A stretch of 64,000 bases of DNA from a bacterium (GCA_027310405.1 DAIDAX010000001.1:7580-71579), one strand, 5' to 3'; shown: positions 46,185 through 55,446, numbered from the stretch's first letter. Translations and numbers: made by a program. Notes: a model not told the origin generated them from the letters alone.

Positions 46185-46442
46185 CTACTCGACGACCTTG
46201 TAGACATTGTCGCCGTTTCGAACTCTGTCTTTGACTTTCAGTCCGACGGAATCGCCTTTGTTTGCAGTAGCCACATTATCGTGCTCGATCTGCATGCTGT
46301 CGACTGTCTGTTGAATGTTCGTTGTCGTGCCTTCGATTGAAATGTTGTCGCCTTTTGCTAACGAATCTGTCAAGTCAACGACGGCAACACCAATGTGCGA
46401 GTAGTAGTGAGAGATTTTTCCGACGAGTTTTTTGTCTACCAT
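46185..46442 (-). CDS. small EF-Tu domain-2-like beta-barrel protein
   Basis: An 85-aa beta-rich protein whose segments (KISHYYSHIGVAVVDLTDSLAKGDNISIEG...GDSVGLKVKD) resemble translation-factor domain II. Confidence 0.4.
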   Translation of the reverse strand: MVDKKLVGKISHYYSHIGVAVVDLTDSLAKGDNISIEGTTTNIQQTVDSMQIEHDNVATANKGDSVGLKVKDRVRNGDNVYKVVE

Positions 46443-46476
46443 AATTAACGTATGTCCAGTGTGCCTTAAATCTTTG

Positions 46477-46562
46477 TGCGGGAGGTGGGATTTGAACCCA
46501 CGTATGCACTAAGCAACTAGCACCTCAAGCTAGCGGAATTGACCAGGCTATCCGACCCCCGC
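46477..46562 (-). tRNA. tRNA-Leu (GAG)
   Basis: Acceptor GCGGGGG/CTCCCGC (one G-U pair), anticodon arm CTAGC-TTGAGGT-GCTAG, long variable arm, T-arm GTGGG-TTCAAAT-CCCAC and A73 discriminator. Confidence 0.8.
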
Positions 46563-46589
46563 GTAAAATATACTTTGACTACTGACGTT

Positions 46590-48092
46590 TTATTCGTTGT
46601 CTGTAAGTTTCTGTTGTGAAAAAAGTCTTCTCTTCAATTCTTCCGAATCTAAGAAATCAAATTCATAAGTTTTAAGTTTCCTTCTTTCAAAGGCACTGAC
46701 GGCTTCAACTAGATGTGGATGTTCGGTCCGAATTTTTTCAAAAATTGTCGGTGATGTTGCATGTTTTTCAAAGTGTCTTTGAAATGCGTATCTTCTCTGG
46801 CTCAATAGTTCGTGTGCAACAGTTTCCCAGGAAGAATCTTGTTTTATTTTTGCAAAATCATGTGTGCCTTTTTCGAAAACCAATCCGCTTGGACTTTCTT
46901 CCAATAATAATCGTGTTGCACAATGAACCGGTGGAGAGCTTATGTTTGGCGTTGTTGCACATTTTATTTCTTTCTTATAGCCGTAGCTATAATCGACAAG
47001 CGTTCTACGAACCCTGGAAGGACCATTGTAAATATCCAACGAATATGCGGAACGATCCGAAACAATGTTGTAAACAAAATATAATGCATTGAAAATTTGC
47101 AAACGTCTAGCTTCATCGTGTGTTATTCCTGAATTCAAATGAACCAAAAATTGTGGACTATTCCGTCCTGAAAAATTTACTTCAATACTTTCCGAATTTA
47201 CTCCATAATTTTTCAAAGCAGTTGCGTAAACTTCCAAATCTCTAATCATGGAAGACCAGTTTTTCGTTCGATCGACAAATTCTCCAGGATCTAGTTCGAG
47301 AGTTAAAGTGTCAACTTTTCCTGTGCTAATTCTATCGACAGATTTGTGATATTCAACTCCTTTAGTAGTTTGGAAAAATTCCACAATTTTTTCGGGTGTA
47401 GAAAAATCTAATTCTGGACTGCTTCTGTCCCCCGGTTTAGTGTATCTTCTACCAATTGCATCACCCTCTAAGCGAATACATTTAACAAAAGGATGTCTAT
47501 CGACAAGTTGATCTGCAAGAAAAATTGGAAATGGACTATCTGAAGCAAATATTTGTTTTAGAATATATTTTGTCAATGGATCGTAATTATTCACAGGGGT
47601 TCTGAAGGAATTTCTTGGTATTTTTTGTTCGACATCAAGAAGCGCATACAAATTTGGTGTAGTTTGACCAAGAACTTTGACCTTCACTCCGCCGTAGAGT
47701 CTGTTTAAAGAATTGGGATAAAGGAATGACCACATAAGTTCTCGAAGAGCTTGTTTCTTTTCTTCAGAATTTCCATGTATTGTAGCATCTAGTTGATACA
47801 CTCGCATATCTTTGTGTGCCGGCCCACTTTTTGTTTTTATTTCTTTCACCGGGCGTGTGTCAACTTGCAAATGAAAACTCAGTTTACCATAATTTGCTTC
47901 TTGGGGTAGTGCTGCACGCACTCTTGTATCGTAATCACTCATCAACTCTATTGCTCGTGCTCTGTCCTCGTGCAACGAACCAACTGTCACAATTATTCGG
48001 AAATTGTTGTACTCACTCAGTCGATTGCTAAAATTATGTCCTGAAAAATAAGAATCCAAAAATTCTTGCGTGTAATATCTTTTTTTGACCAT
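46590..48092 (-). CDS. cca: candidate class I (archaeal) CCA-adding enzyme / Pol-beta-superfamily nucleotidyltransferase
   Basis: VGSLHEDRARAIELMSDYD fits the hG[GS]x9-13DxD nucleotidyltransferase motif. A downstream acidic FHLQVDTRPV follows, and LVDRHPFVKCIRLEG resembles the archaeal CCA signature VDRTPFHHKWLEG. The protein is 500 aa. Confidence 0.45.
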   Translation of the reverse strand: MVKKRYYTQEFLDSYFSGHNFSNRLSEYNNFRIIVTVGSLHEDRARAIELMSDYDTRVRAALPQEANYGKLSFHLQVDTRPVKEIKTKSGPAHKDMRVYQLDATIHGNSEEKKQALRELMWSFLYPNSLNRLYGGVKVKVLGQTTPNLYALLDVEQKIPRNSFRTPVNNYDPLTKYILKQIFASDSPFPIFLADQLVDRHPFVKCIRLEGDAIGRRYTKPGDRSSPELDFSTPEKIVEFFQTTKGVEYHKSVDRISTGKVDTLTLELDPGEFVDRTKNWSSMIRDLEVYATALKNYGVNSESIEVNFSGRNSPQFLVHLNSGITHDEARRLQIFNALYFVYNIVSDRSAYSLDIYNGPSRVRRTLVDYSYGYKKEIKCATTPNISSPPVHCATRLLLEESPSGLVFEKGTHDFAKIKQDSSWETVAHELLSQRRYAFQRHFEKHATSPTIFEKIRTEHPHLVEAVSAFERRKLKTYEFDFLDSEELKRRLFSQQKLTDNE

Positions 48093-48117
48093 GCTCTTAG
48101 AATCTGAATGAAACTAT

Positions 48118-48960
48118 TTACACTTTTACTTTCGACAAAATTTCTTTCACTGCGCGAGCTGCAAGAAATTCCGTGACTTTATTTCCTGCAATCGGACTCA
48201 AGCAACACAAATCAAGACCAACAAGCTGTCCGTTCAAGTCTCCAATCACTTGCTGAAACTGGTCGAAAAATATTCCATTCGGTTCTGGAAAATGAACTGC
48301 AGGAGCGATTGAAGGGTCGAAAACATCAATGTCTAGAGAAATGTACACGTTGCTTCCCTGTGTAAAGTTCCACAAAACGCTCCTCACAACTTCTGGTCTT
48401 TTTTTCAAATCCGTGGAAGTTATGTAGCCGATTTTATTTTTGTTCATGAAATCCATTTCAGCTTCGTTGAAAGATCGAAACCCGATAGCTAAAACTTTTC
48501 CTCCACCTTTCTCTTTCACATAATTGTACAGCCAGTTCGAGTCGTTCAGATTCTCTGATAATTTTTGTCCTTCTCGAAAATCTTGATCTTCTATTCTTTC
48601 ATCAATATAGCCAAGATTGCAGTCGGCATGCGCATCGAAAACAACCAGCTTGATGTCATTGAGTTCTTTCAATGCATAGAGGGTTGCGAGATGTCCGTAA
48701 GAAAGCATGAACGAAACTTTATGCGATTCAATTATCGACTTGACTTTTTTTCCGATAGTTTCCACTGGCTCACTTAACATTCCAAAATCGTGAACTTTGA
48801 TATTCTGGAATAAATTTTTCTTTTTGTCTGGATCGAAAGTTTCAACAGCCCACCATACGTCAGAAAACGAATCTTGCATTTCGGAGGCACGCTTACCGAT
48901 TGGTGCAGTAAAAGAAATTACGTTGGCTTCGTTTTCGGGATATTCGGTTAGCGACTTCAC
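48118..48960 (-). CDS. arginase-fold enzyme (agmatinase/ureohydrolase family)
   Basis: VVFDAHADCN, ISLDIDVFDPSIAP and VGLDLCCLSP are the binuclear-Mn ligand motifs DAHxD / DxDxxDP. Confidence 0.7.
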   Translation of the reverse strand: MKSLTEYPENEANVISFTAPIGKRASEMQDSFSDVWWAVETFDPDKKKNLFQNIKVHDFGMLSEPVETIGKKVKSIIESHKVSFMLSYGHLATLYALKELNDIKLVVFDAHADCNLGYIDERIEDQDFREGQKLSENLNDSNWLYNYVKEKGGGKVLAIGFRSFNEAEMDFMNKNKIGYITSTDLKKRPEVVRSVLWNFTQGSNVYISLDIDVFDPSIAPAVHFPEPNGIFFDQFQQVIGDLNGQLVGLDLCCLSPIAGNKVTEFLAARAVKEILSKVKV

Positions 48961-48983
48961 AAAACACTATTCGAATTTTACAC

Positions 48984-49373
48984 TTATACGATTGATTGTG
49001 CAGCGGAATTCAGTTGGTTCTCAATTTTTTCAAATGCATCTAGAAAATTTCTGCCTTTTTTCGTTGTCACATAGACTTTTGGATTGCGTTCGTTCTCCAG
49101 AATTTTTTCTTCAAGCAAACCCATCTCAACAAGAAGTTTCAAGTATTCAACAAGTTGTTCATAGCTCAGATTTGCTTTGTACATTATCCGCGTTTTTTTC
49201 TCGCCCTTGTTTGCGATATTTAAAATATCTGCCACAATTGTTGAGCGATCTCTGTTCTTCATAATTTCACTAAGTATAGAGGACTTGGTAAAGTATTTAA
49301 AAGTTTTCTCAAGAGTGTTTGTCGGCAGCATATTGTTGAAGATAATTGCGGTAAATTCTATTGAATTCTTCAT
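48984..49373 (-). CDS. winged-helix transcriptional regulator (paralog of 27431-27712)
   Basis: IMYKANLSYEQLVEYLKLLVEMGLL is shared with the other wHTH ORFs. Confidence 0.45.
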   Translation of the reverse strand: MKNSIEFTAIIFNNMLPTNTLEKTFKYFTKSSILSEIMKNRDRSTIVADILNIANKGEKKTRIMYKANLSYEQLVEYLKLLVEMGLLEEKILENERNPKVYVTTKKGRNFLDAFEKIENQLNSAAQSIV

Positions 49374-49587
49374 TAGGTTTCAAGCCATTTCTTAGTTTTT
49401 CGTAAAATACGTCTGTTACTGTCTTCTTCTTGTGGAAGATAAAACTGAAAAATGTTCCCTCAATTGCGAAACTACTTCTAGCAACGTATACCGGTGGTTT
49501 GTAACCGCATTCATGAACACAACGAATAAACAATTTCGATTTTTCGTCTACTACATCTCCAAGTTGTAAAAGCTTATGCGTTGTCAT
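49309..49587 (-). CDS. hypothetical protein (about 92 aa; track ORF extends to 49680)
   Basis: The start is chosen at the internal Met (MTTHKLL...). The ORF overlaps the 3' end of the previous gene's frame by 65 nt. Confidence 0.3.
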   Translation of the reverse strand: MTTHKLLQLGDVVDEKSKLFIRCVHECGYKPPVYVARSSFAIEGTFFSFIFHKKKTVTDVFYEKLRNGLKPNEEFNRIYRNYLQQYAADKHS

Positions 49588-49624
49588 CCATCTGCCTTTT
49601 GTACATAAAAATACAAATAGTATT

Positions 49625-49882
49625 GTGGAAAAATACAGCCCGGAGGAAGTCAAAGAACTGTTAACAATGTTGAATTCCATAAACTCACGAGTAAAGAAAA
49701 ATAAAAACGCAGAGCCAACTAAACTTGAAAAACAAATCCATTATTTGGAACAACGTTTGCATTTTTTCAACCCTTCGAAAGAAACTCTGAAGTATCTTAT
49801 TCAATTGGCGGAGAATTCAAAAGTTGAACTCGATCCTATACTGTTGCAAAAATTGAAAACTGAATTTGCTAATAAAGTTTGA
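49625..49882 (+). CDS. hypothetical protein (85 aa)
   Basis: ORF only. Confidence 0.25.
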   Translation: MEKYSPEEVKELLTMLNSINSRVKKNKNAEPTKLEKQIHYLEQRLHFFNPSKETLKYLIQLAENSKVELDPILLQKLKTEFANKV

Positions 49883-50228
49883 TTTTCAGTTTTTTAATCT
49901 CGGATAATTTTTTGAATCTTTTGGCGTGTGGAATTTCAAGAATATATTTTTCATTAAACTTCATCAAAGTCAGTTTTTCATTTTTGATATTTTCCAATTT
50001 TCTAATCAGTTTGAAATTTTTGTCGAATGTTAGGATATCTAAAATCGGCAAATGTCTTGTCCCTCTAGATTCTGTAGTAATAATTGCTGGTCTAAGCAGA
50101 AAATGAAATTCCATCAGTAGCGGTTTCGTCGAATCTTTGAACATTCCGTCTAACAATTCGAAGAAATTTTTTGTGTAGTTGCATCGAATCCAATTTTTTC
50201 CGGGAGTTTTTATTTTTATCTGGCGCAT
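49869..50228 (-). CDS. hypothetical protein (119 aa)
   Basis: ORF only. Confidence 0.3.
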   Translation of the reverse strand: MRQIKIKTPGKNWIRCNYTKNFFELLDGMFKDSTKPLLMEFHFLLRPAIITTESRGTRHLPILDILTFDKNFKLIRKLENIKNEKLTLMKFNEKYILEIPHAKRFKKLSEIKKLKIKLY

Positions 50229-50273
50229 TGGCAGTCGACAATATACTTATGGTACTCTACACAATTTTTATTT

Positions 50274-50993
50274 ATGCAGTTGCAGAGATCCACTGAAAAA
50301 CATTTCAGAGGGGCAAACTTACGTGATGTAATTTTGGGAAGTCAAGATGGTTTGGTAAATGTTCTCGGTCTGGTTCTTGGTGTTGCAACTGCAACGAATA
50401 ACGCTTTAGTTATTATTGTAGCCGCTCTGGCTGCGACGTTCGCTGAAACAATCTCGATGGCTGCTGTTGCTTATACATCTACAAAGGCTGAAAAAGATTT
50501 TTACTTGTCTGAACAACATCGTGAGAATACAGAAATCGATACTGTACCAGAGACAGAAAGAAAAGAAATTCGGGAAATTTATTACAGAAAGGGATTCAGA
50601 GGAAAAATATTGAAAGAAATCGTTAACAAAATAACTTCAAACAGAAAAATCTGGTTACAGACGATGATGCTCGAGGAGTTACAACTGCCGTTGAAAGATC
50701 ATCTAAATCCTCTGTCAAGCTTTTCAATTGTTTTTATTGCAACGTTAGTCGGATCGTTGATTCCACTGTCTCCATTTTTATTTTTGCCAGTGCGAGATGC
50801 TGTAATTGCGACTGTGTTGGTTTCGTGCATGATACTTTTTGCACTTGGTGTGTTGAAAGCGAAAATGACTGTGGGAAGTATGTGGAGAAGTGGATTAGAA
50901 TCTTTAATGATAGGAATTGCTGCGGCTGTACTTGGTTACTTGGTGGGTTACAGTTTGGGTAGAATCTTCGGAATGTCTGTGACAACATTATGA
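50274..50993 (+). CDS. VIT1/CCC1 family iron/manganese transporter
   Basis: ILGSQDGLVNVLGLVLGVATAT and the C-terminal TM bundle are typical of the VIT family. Confidence 0.7.
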   Translation: MQLQRSTEKHFRGANLRDVILGSQDGLVNVLGLVLGVATATNNALVIIVAALAATFAETISMAAVAYTSTKAEKDFYLSEQHRENTEIDTVPETERKEIREIYYRKGFRGKILKEIVNKITSNRKIWLQTMMLEELQLPLKDHLNPLSSFSIVFIATLVGSLIPLSPFLFLPVRDAVIATVLVSCMILFALGVLKAKMTVGSMWRSGLESLMIGIAAAVLGYLVGYSLGRIFGMSVTTL

Positions 50994-51508
50994 AACAATT
51001 GACGATTTTTACGATTGGTCATTCGAATCAACCATTTTCACGTTTCTTGAAATCTCTCGAGAATAATGGAGTCAAACAGTTGATTGATGTCAGAACGATA
51101 CCAAAATCCAGAGCAGTTCCTTGGGCAAACTATTCGCGGCTATCAAAAAATCTAACGAAATACAAAATAATTTACAAACACTTGAAAGAACTCGGAGGTC
51201 TCCGACATTCGAAAAAAGATTCAAAAAATATTGTTTGGAGAAATGCAAGTTTTCGTGGATATGCAGATTACATGGAAACTTCAGAATTCGAAAAATCTTT
51301 GAAAAAATTAATTAAACTTTCAAAAAAGAAACCGACTGCAATAATGTGTGGAGAAGCTGTACCATGGAGATGCCATAGAAGTATGATAGCTGATGCGTTG
51401 ACTGCAAAAAAAATAAAAGTTGTTCACATAATGTCGCCGACAAACAGTCACAAACATAAACTCATTTCGTTCGCTCACGTCAGAAATGGAAAAGTTATTT
51501 ATCGCTAA
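50990..51508 (+). CDS. DUF488 family protein
   Basis: IFTIGHSN...LIDVRTIPKSR is the typical DUF488 N-terminus. Confidence 0.55.
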   Translation: MKQLTIFTIGHSNQPFSRFLKSLENNGVKQLIDVRTIPKSRAVPWANYSRLSKNLTKYKIIYKHLKELGGLRHSKKDSKNIVWRNASFRGYADYMETSEFEKSLKKLIKLSKKKPTAIMCGEAVPWRCHRSMIADALTAKKIKVVHIMSPTNSHKHKLISFAHVRNGKVIYR

Positions 51509-51543
51509 AACTTTTTTATAAACATCTAAAGAATAATTGTATA

Positions 51544-52587
51544 ATGTTACCGATGAAAAATGGAAGTTCGTTGTTCAGTTGGATTTTTGCATTACTCATA
51601 ATTGTTGTCATCATAACTTTTGTAAACAATCAGGGATTATTGCCGAAAATTATTTCTGAAGTTTCAAATTTAATTTCAATTTTTAGCGGAGGTCTTCAGT
51701 TAACTTCGCAAAATAATAATCTTACTTCCACAACAACTGGACAGACTACAAATATTTCAGTTGCTAACAGTCAACTTGTAAACTATGCGCTGCAGTTAAT
51801 CAATCAGGATCGACAACAAAACGGACTCTCTCCAGTTTCGTTAAGTTACAATGGTGCGGCACAAGCTCAGGCAGAAGACATTTTATCTACAGGTCAACTT
51901 TCACACTGGATGACAAACGGAGACAAACCGTACATGTCATACACGCTTTACGGAGGTTTGGGATTTGTACAACAAAATGCAGCCGACAACGGTTATACTA
52001 ATGTCAGTCAATGCAGCCAACTGTTTGTTTCCTGTCCGCCGATAGATCCGATGTCGTCAATAAGATCTGACGAATATGACATGATGTATAATGATGCGAC
52101 ATCAGACTGGGGACACAGAGACAACATACTCGATCCGTATCACACGAATGTCAGCATTGGAATCGCTTACAATCAATATTTTTTCGTGATGATTCAAAAT
52201 TTTGAAAACGATTACATACAGTTCAACAAACCAATTACAACCGACAATAGACACGTCGAACTTTCTGGAACTTTACCGTCTGGTTATGTGAATGAAATTC
52301 TAATTTACTACGACCTAACTCCAACTCCGCAAGTCTACCAACAGTACAAGAACGCAACGTCGTACAGCTTCGGCACTCTTGTTGGTGGTGTTGCACCTCC
52401 GGGATACAGGTTCACAAACATTACAACGATTTCTCCTCAGGTGTGGGATGGAAGCAGTCCATCAATTGACATAACTTTCGACATGAGTCAAATTGAAAAT
52501 GTTCCAGGAGTGTACACACTCGTAACTTGGGTGAAAGACGGCACGTCATCTTACACTGTGACATCTTACTCTGTCTTCTTTCAGTAA
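51544..52587 (+). CDS. secreted CAP/SCP-domain protein
   Basis: It has an N-terminal TM/signal. ALQLINQDRQQNGLSPV...WGHRDNILDP resembles CAP (PR-1-like) domain motifs. Confidence 0.5.
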   Translation: MLPMKNGSSLFSWIFALLIIVVIITFVNNQGLLPKIISEVSNLISIFSGGLQLTSQNNNLTSTTTGQTTNISVANSQLVNYALQLINQDRQQNGLSPVSLSYNGAAQAQAEDILSTGQLSHWMTNGDKPYMSYTLYGGLGFVQQNAADNGYTNVSQCSQLFVSCPPIDPMSSIRSDEYDMMYNDATSDWGHRDNILDPYHTNVSIGIAYNQYFFVMIQNFENDYIQFNKPITTDNRHVELSGTLPSGYVNEILIYYDLTPTPQVYQQYKNATSYSFGTLVGGVAPPGYRFTNITTISPQVWDGSSPSIDITFDMSQIENVPGVYTLVTWVKDGTSSYTVTSYSVFFQ

Positions 52588-52620
52588 AATTTAAAAAAGA
52601 CTGGAGTTGATTAATTTAGA

Positions 52621-53238
52621 ATGCCTGAGAAAGATTGGACGAAACTTGCGGACGAAAAAACTATTGAGAAAACATCTGACTCTCTGAGAAAAAATGGAAT
52701 AGAAGTTTTTGTCGCTGATAACGGAGAAGAAGCGAGGAAAAAAGTTTTGGAATTATTGCCAGAAGGTGCTGAAGTTATGAACATGTCTTCTACAACTATC
52801 GATGTGATCGGCGTTTCAAAAGAAATTAACGAATCTGGAAAATACAATTCTGTAAGAAATAAATTAAATTCAATGGACAGAAAAACTCAGAACAGCGAAA
52901 TGCAAAAACTTGGAGCAGCACCAACATGGACAGTTGGAAGTGTGCATGCAGTTACTGAAGATGGAAAACTTTTGATTGCGTCAAAAACAGGAAGTCAATT
53001 GCCTGCGCAAGCTTATGGTTCGGAGAAAGTTATCTGGGTTGTTGGCACACAAAAAATTGTAAAAAATTTAGAAGAAGCGGTTAAACGAATCTACGAGTAT
53101 AGTTTGAAACTGGAAGATGCAAGAGCAAGAAAAGCTTATGGTGTTGGTAGTGAAGTGAATAAAATTTTGATTATTAACAAAGAATTCAAACCAGAAAGAG
53201 CAACTTTAATTTTCGTGAAAGAAAATCTAGGATTCTAA
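52621..53238 (+). CDS. LUD-domain protein (LutC/YkgG-like)
   Basis: The 205-aa pattern (IEVFVADNGEEARKKVLELLPEGAEV...VTEDGKLLIAS) resembles the lactate-utilisation LUD domain. Confidence 0.55.
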   Translation: MPEKDWTKLADEKTIEKTSDSLRKNGIEVFVADNGEEARKKVLELLPEGAEVMNMSSTTIDVIGVSKEINESGKYNSVRNKLNSMDRKTQNSEMQKLGAAPTWTVGSVHAVTEDGKLLIASKTGSQLPAQAYGSEKVIWVVGTQKIVKNLEEAVKRIYEYSLKLEDARARKAYGVGSEVNKILIINKEFKPERATLIFVKENLGF

Positions 53239-53319
53239 ATTCAAAAACAGAAGAAGAACTCTACGATCCTTCATTCAATTAAATTTATTTTTACTTCAAA
53301 TAAGATTTTTTTGTACGCT

Positions 53320-53493
53320 TCACATTTCGAGTGCTAGCCAGATCAAGTCGGCAACGAGTATAATTATTCCGAGCTCGACCGGCAGGTTAAGTGAGTAACC
53401 ACTGTATGCAAGCGACATCCAGTAAAGGTCTGCAAGCAGTATGATTACTCCCATCAGAATGGAAAGTGTACGATTGTATTTTCCTGCGATCAT
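53320..53493 (-). CDS. small hydrophobic ORF (57 aa, two predicted TM helices)
   Basis: A manual translation reads MIAGKYNRTLSILMGVIILLADLYWMSLAYSGYSLNLPVELGIIILVADLIWLALEM. It is below the ORF-track cutoff. Confidence 0.2.
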   Translation of the reverse strand: MIAGKYNRTLSILMGVIILLADLYWMSLAYSGYSLNLPVELGIIILVADLIWLALEM

Positions 53494-53545
53494 GTTATCT
53501 TGAGTATCTTTGTGAAACGTTGTTTAAATATATTTTTGGAAGGAA

Positions 53546-53705
53546 TGCTCCCAACGGGATTTGGACCCGTGTTTACTGCCAGTTTCACTGGTTACAGCCT
53601 AACCTCGTCCAATCATCTTGTATCAAACCTTTCTGAGATTTGACTCGAAAGGGCTTTAGACGAGCTTTTGGCTCTGTGTCCTTGACCGGGCTAGACGATG
53701 GGAGC
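53546..53705 (-). tRNA. tRNA-like gene with long insertion(s) (possible multi-intron tRNA; anticodon unresolved, Glu-like loop motif present)
   Basis: The minus strand shows a perfect 7-bp acceptor GCTCCCA/TGGGAGC spanning 160 nt, D-arm GTCT-AGCCCGGTCAA-GGAC and T-arm ACGGG-TCCAAAT-CCCGT directly abutting the acceptor. The anticodon arm cannot be placed contiguously. An internal CCCTTTCGAG resembles a tRNA-Glu anticodon loop, and internal helices are present (CTCGTC/GACGAG, CCTTTC/GAAAGG). Confidence 0.4.
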
Positions 53706-53761
53706 ATTAAATGAAATTTACTTCCTAAACATTTATTTAATTCTATATTTTCTTAACATTT

Positions 53762-54433
53762 ATGAAAATCAAGCCTTCTGTTGAATTAGCATATTGGACT
53801 GGTGTTGTTCAATCTGATGGTTCTTTCCAGAAATATTTTAATAAAAGAAAGAAGAAAATTTCAGTAAATGTTTACTTAACTGTTTCTAAAAAATCATTGT
53901 TAATGTTAAAAAAATTTCAGAAAATTTCTAAAACAGTTTTTAGTAGAAAGTCAAAAATTTTCAAATTACATAAACGAAATTCTTATGAACTTCATATTGG
54001 GGTAAAGAATTTTTTGAAAGATTTTGAAAAACTGAATATTATTTTTGGAGATCCACCGTTCCCACCAAAATGGACTTTGAAAAATAAAAAATTTTTTGGA
54101 GCTTATTTAGCTGGGCTTATTGATGGAGATGGTGACGTGAGAATTAAACGAAAAAAATATCCAGTATGTGTTATCAGAATAACTAGCGGTTCTTTACAAG
54201 CTAAACTGGCAAAAGCGATAATTCATGCTTTGAGGTGTGCAGTTTCTGTGACTCCGAAATATAGAGAAGTAAAATTCAAAAATTATTTAATTAAAGGTCA
54301 TTTTTCTCAATTAGAATTTTTGATTTCAAAGAAAAATTCAGTATTTATAAAAAATTACATACTTCCTCAAATCCAGATTAAGCACAAATCCAATTTACTT
54401 CGCGGTTTCCTAGAAAAGAAACTTAAACTTTGA
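53762..54433 (+). mobile_element. LAGLIDADG homing endonuclease, double-motif, free-standing ORF
   Basis: Two LAGLIDADG-type motifs are present, AYWTGVVQSDGSF and AYLAGLIDGDGDV. The protein is 223 aa, very K-rich, and composition differs from its neighbours. Confidence 0.7.
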
Positions 54434-55022
54434 ATTCTGTTTTTGGTTTTCCTGGAACTTCGTGATGTTTCACGCAACGAGCTTCGTATCGATCCTTTCC
54501 ACCGACAATAATCTCCGGTTCGCTGTAGTGTGCTGGTTTTCCATTCGATCCAATTCTTTGTGTGCGCGTTGCTTCATACTGCTTGCAGACGGAACAGACT
54601 GCTTTTGTCGAAATTGTTTTTGTAGCATACGGCATCAACTCTTGAATTATTTGCCAAGGCTCGCCGCGGAAGTTCAAGTTCAATCCACTTGCGTAAATTT
54701 CCACTCCGTTGTCTAGCAAAAACAAAACAGCATTTTTTAATTTTTCTGGAAAAAATTGAATCTCGTCGATACCGATCGCTTCATATTTCTCGTTCAAAGT
54801 TTTTTCGACAATCTGTTTCACACCGTTTTCGTTAAGCTCGACTGGTATCGCCTGCTCTTTCACTCCGTCGTGAGTCACAACTTCTCCTGCAGAATATCTT
54901 GTGTCGATTATTGGTTTGAACAGTGCAACTTTTTTTCCCGAATGTTTCAGAATTCTCAGCTGTCTAAGCAGTTCGTCCGTTTTTCCGGAAAACATTGGTC
55001 CGTGTACAAGTATGAAATTCAC
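54423..55022 (-). CDS. tdk: thymidine kinase
   Basis: GPMFSGKTDEL is the P-loop, and the C-terminal zinc ribbon (CSVCKQ...RCVKH) marks a TK1-type enzyme. Confidence 0.85.
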   Translation of the reverse strand: MNFILVHGPMFSGKTDELLRQLRILKHSGKKVALFKPIIDTRYSAGEVVTHDGVKEQAIPVELNENGVKQIVEKTLNEKYEAIGIDEIQFFPEKLKNAVLFLLDNGVEIYASGLNLNFRGEPWQIIQELMPYATKTISTKAVCSVCKQYEATRTQRIGSNGKPAHYSEPEIIVGGKDRYEARCVKHHEVPGKPKTEFKV

Positions 55023-55056
55023 GAATTACAATTGAGTGTCGAGATTTAAATTCCTG

Positions 55057-55131
55057 TGGGCCAGCGCGGATTTGAACCGCGGACCTACCGGTTATCAGCC
55101 GGTTGCTCCAACCAGGCTAAGCTACTGGCCC
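55057..55131 (-). tRNA. tRNA-Ile (GAT)
   Basis: Acceptor GGGCCAG/CTGGCCC, anticodon arm ACCGG-CTGATAA-CCGGT, T-arm CGCGG-TTCAAAT-CCGCG and A73 discriminator. Confidence 0.85.
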
Positions 55132-55176
55132 TTACTGTAAATGTTAATTTCTATTTCTTTATAGATTTATTGAATA

Positions 55177-55373
55177 TGTCCGCTGAAATTATCAGCATGA
55201 TTAAAGAGTACAAATTTGGTGACGAAGAAAAAATTGAAAGCGAACTGAAAAGGCTTAATTTAGACAGCGTAGAGGAAATTTATCTTTATTGTGAAAGAAA
55301 TGGTGTGCCAGATATTATTTCAATGATTGTCACAATGAATTATTACCAAAAATTGGATCAAAGCCTACATTAA
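55177..55373 (+). CDS. small acidic hypothetical protein (65 aa)
   Basis: This is the internal-Met portion (MSAEIISMIKEY...) of the 55056 track ORF, whose 5' part overlaps tRNA-Ile. Confidence 0.25.
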
Positions 55374-55374
55374 T

Positions 55375-55446
55375 GGGCCGGTAGATCAACGGTAGATCGC
55401 ATGCTCCGCAAGCATGAGGTTCCGGGTTCGAATCCCGGCCGGTCCA
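55375..55446 (+). tRNA. tRNA-Ala (anticodon CGC by standard numbering, with C33)
   Basis: Acceptor GGGCCGG/CCGGTCC carries the G3-U70 alanine identity pair. D-arm GATC-AACGGTA-GATC, anticodon arm CATGC-TCCGCAA-GCATG, T-arm CCGGG-TTCGAAT-CCCGG and A73 discriminator. Confidence 0.6.

Noticed and set aside
55056-55176. N-terminal part of the 105-aa plus-strand ORF (MGQRGFEPRTYRLSAG...)
   Set aside because: This segment is the antisense of tRNA-Ile(GAT). Only the downstream internal-Met portion (55177-55373) is plausible coding.
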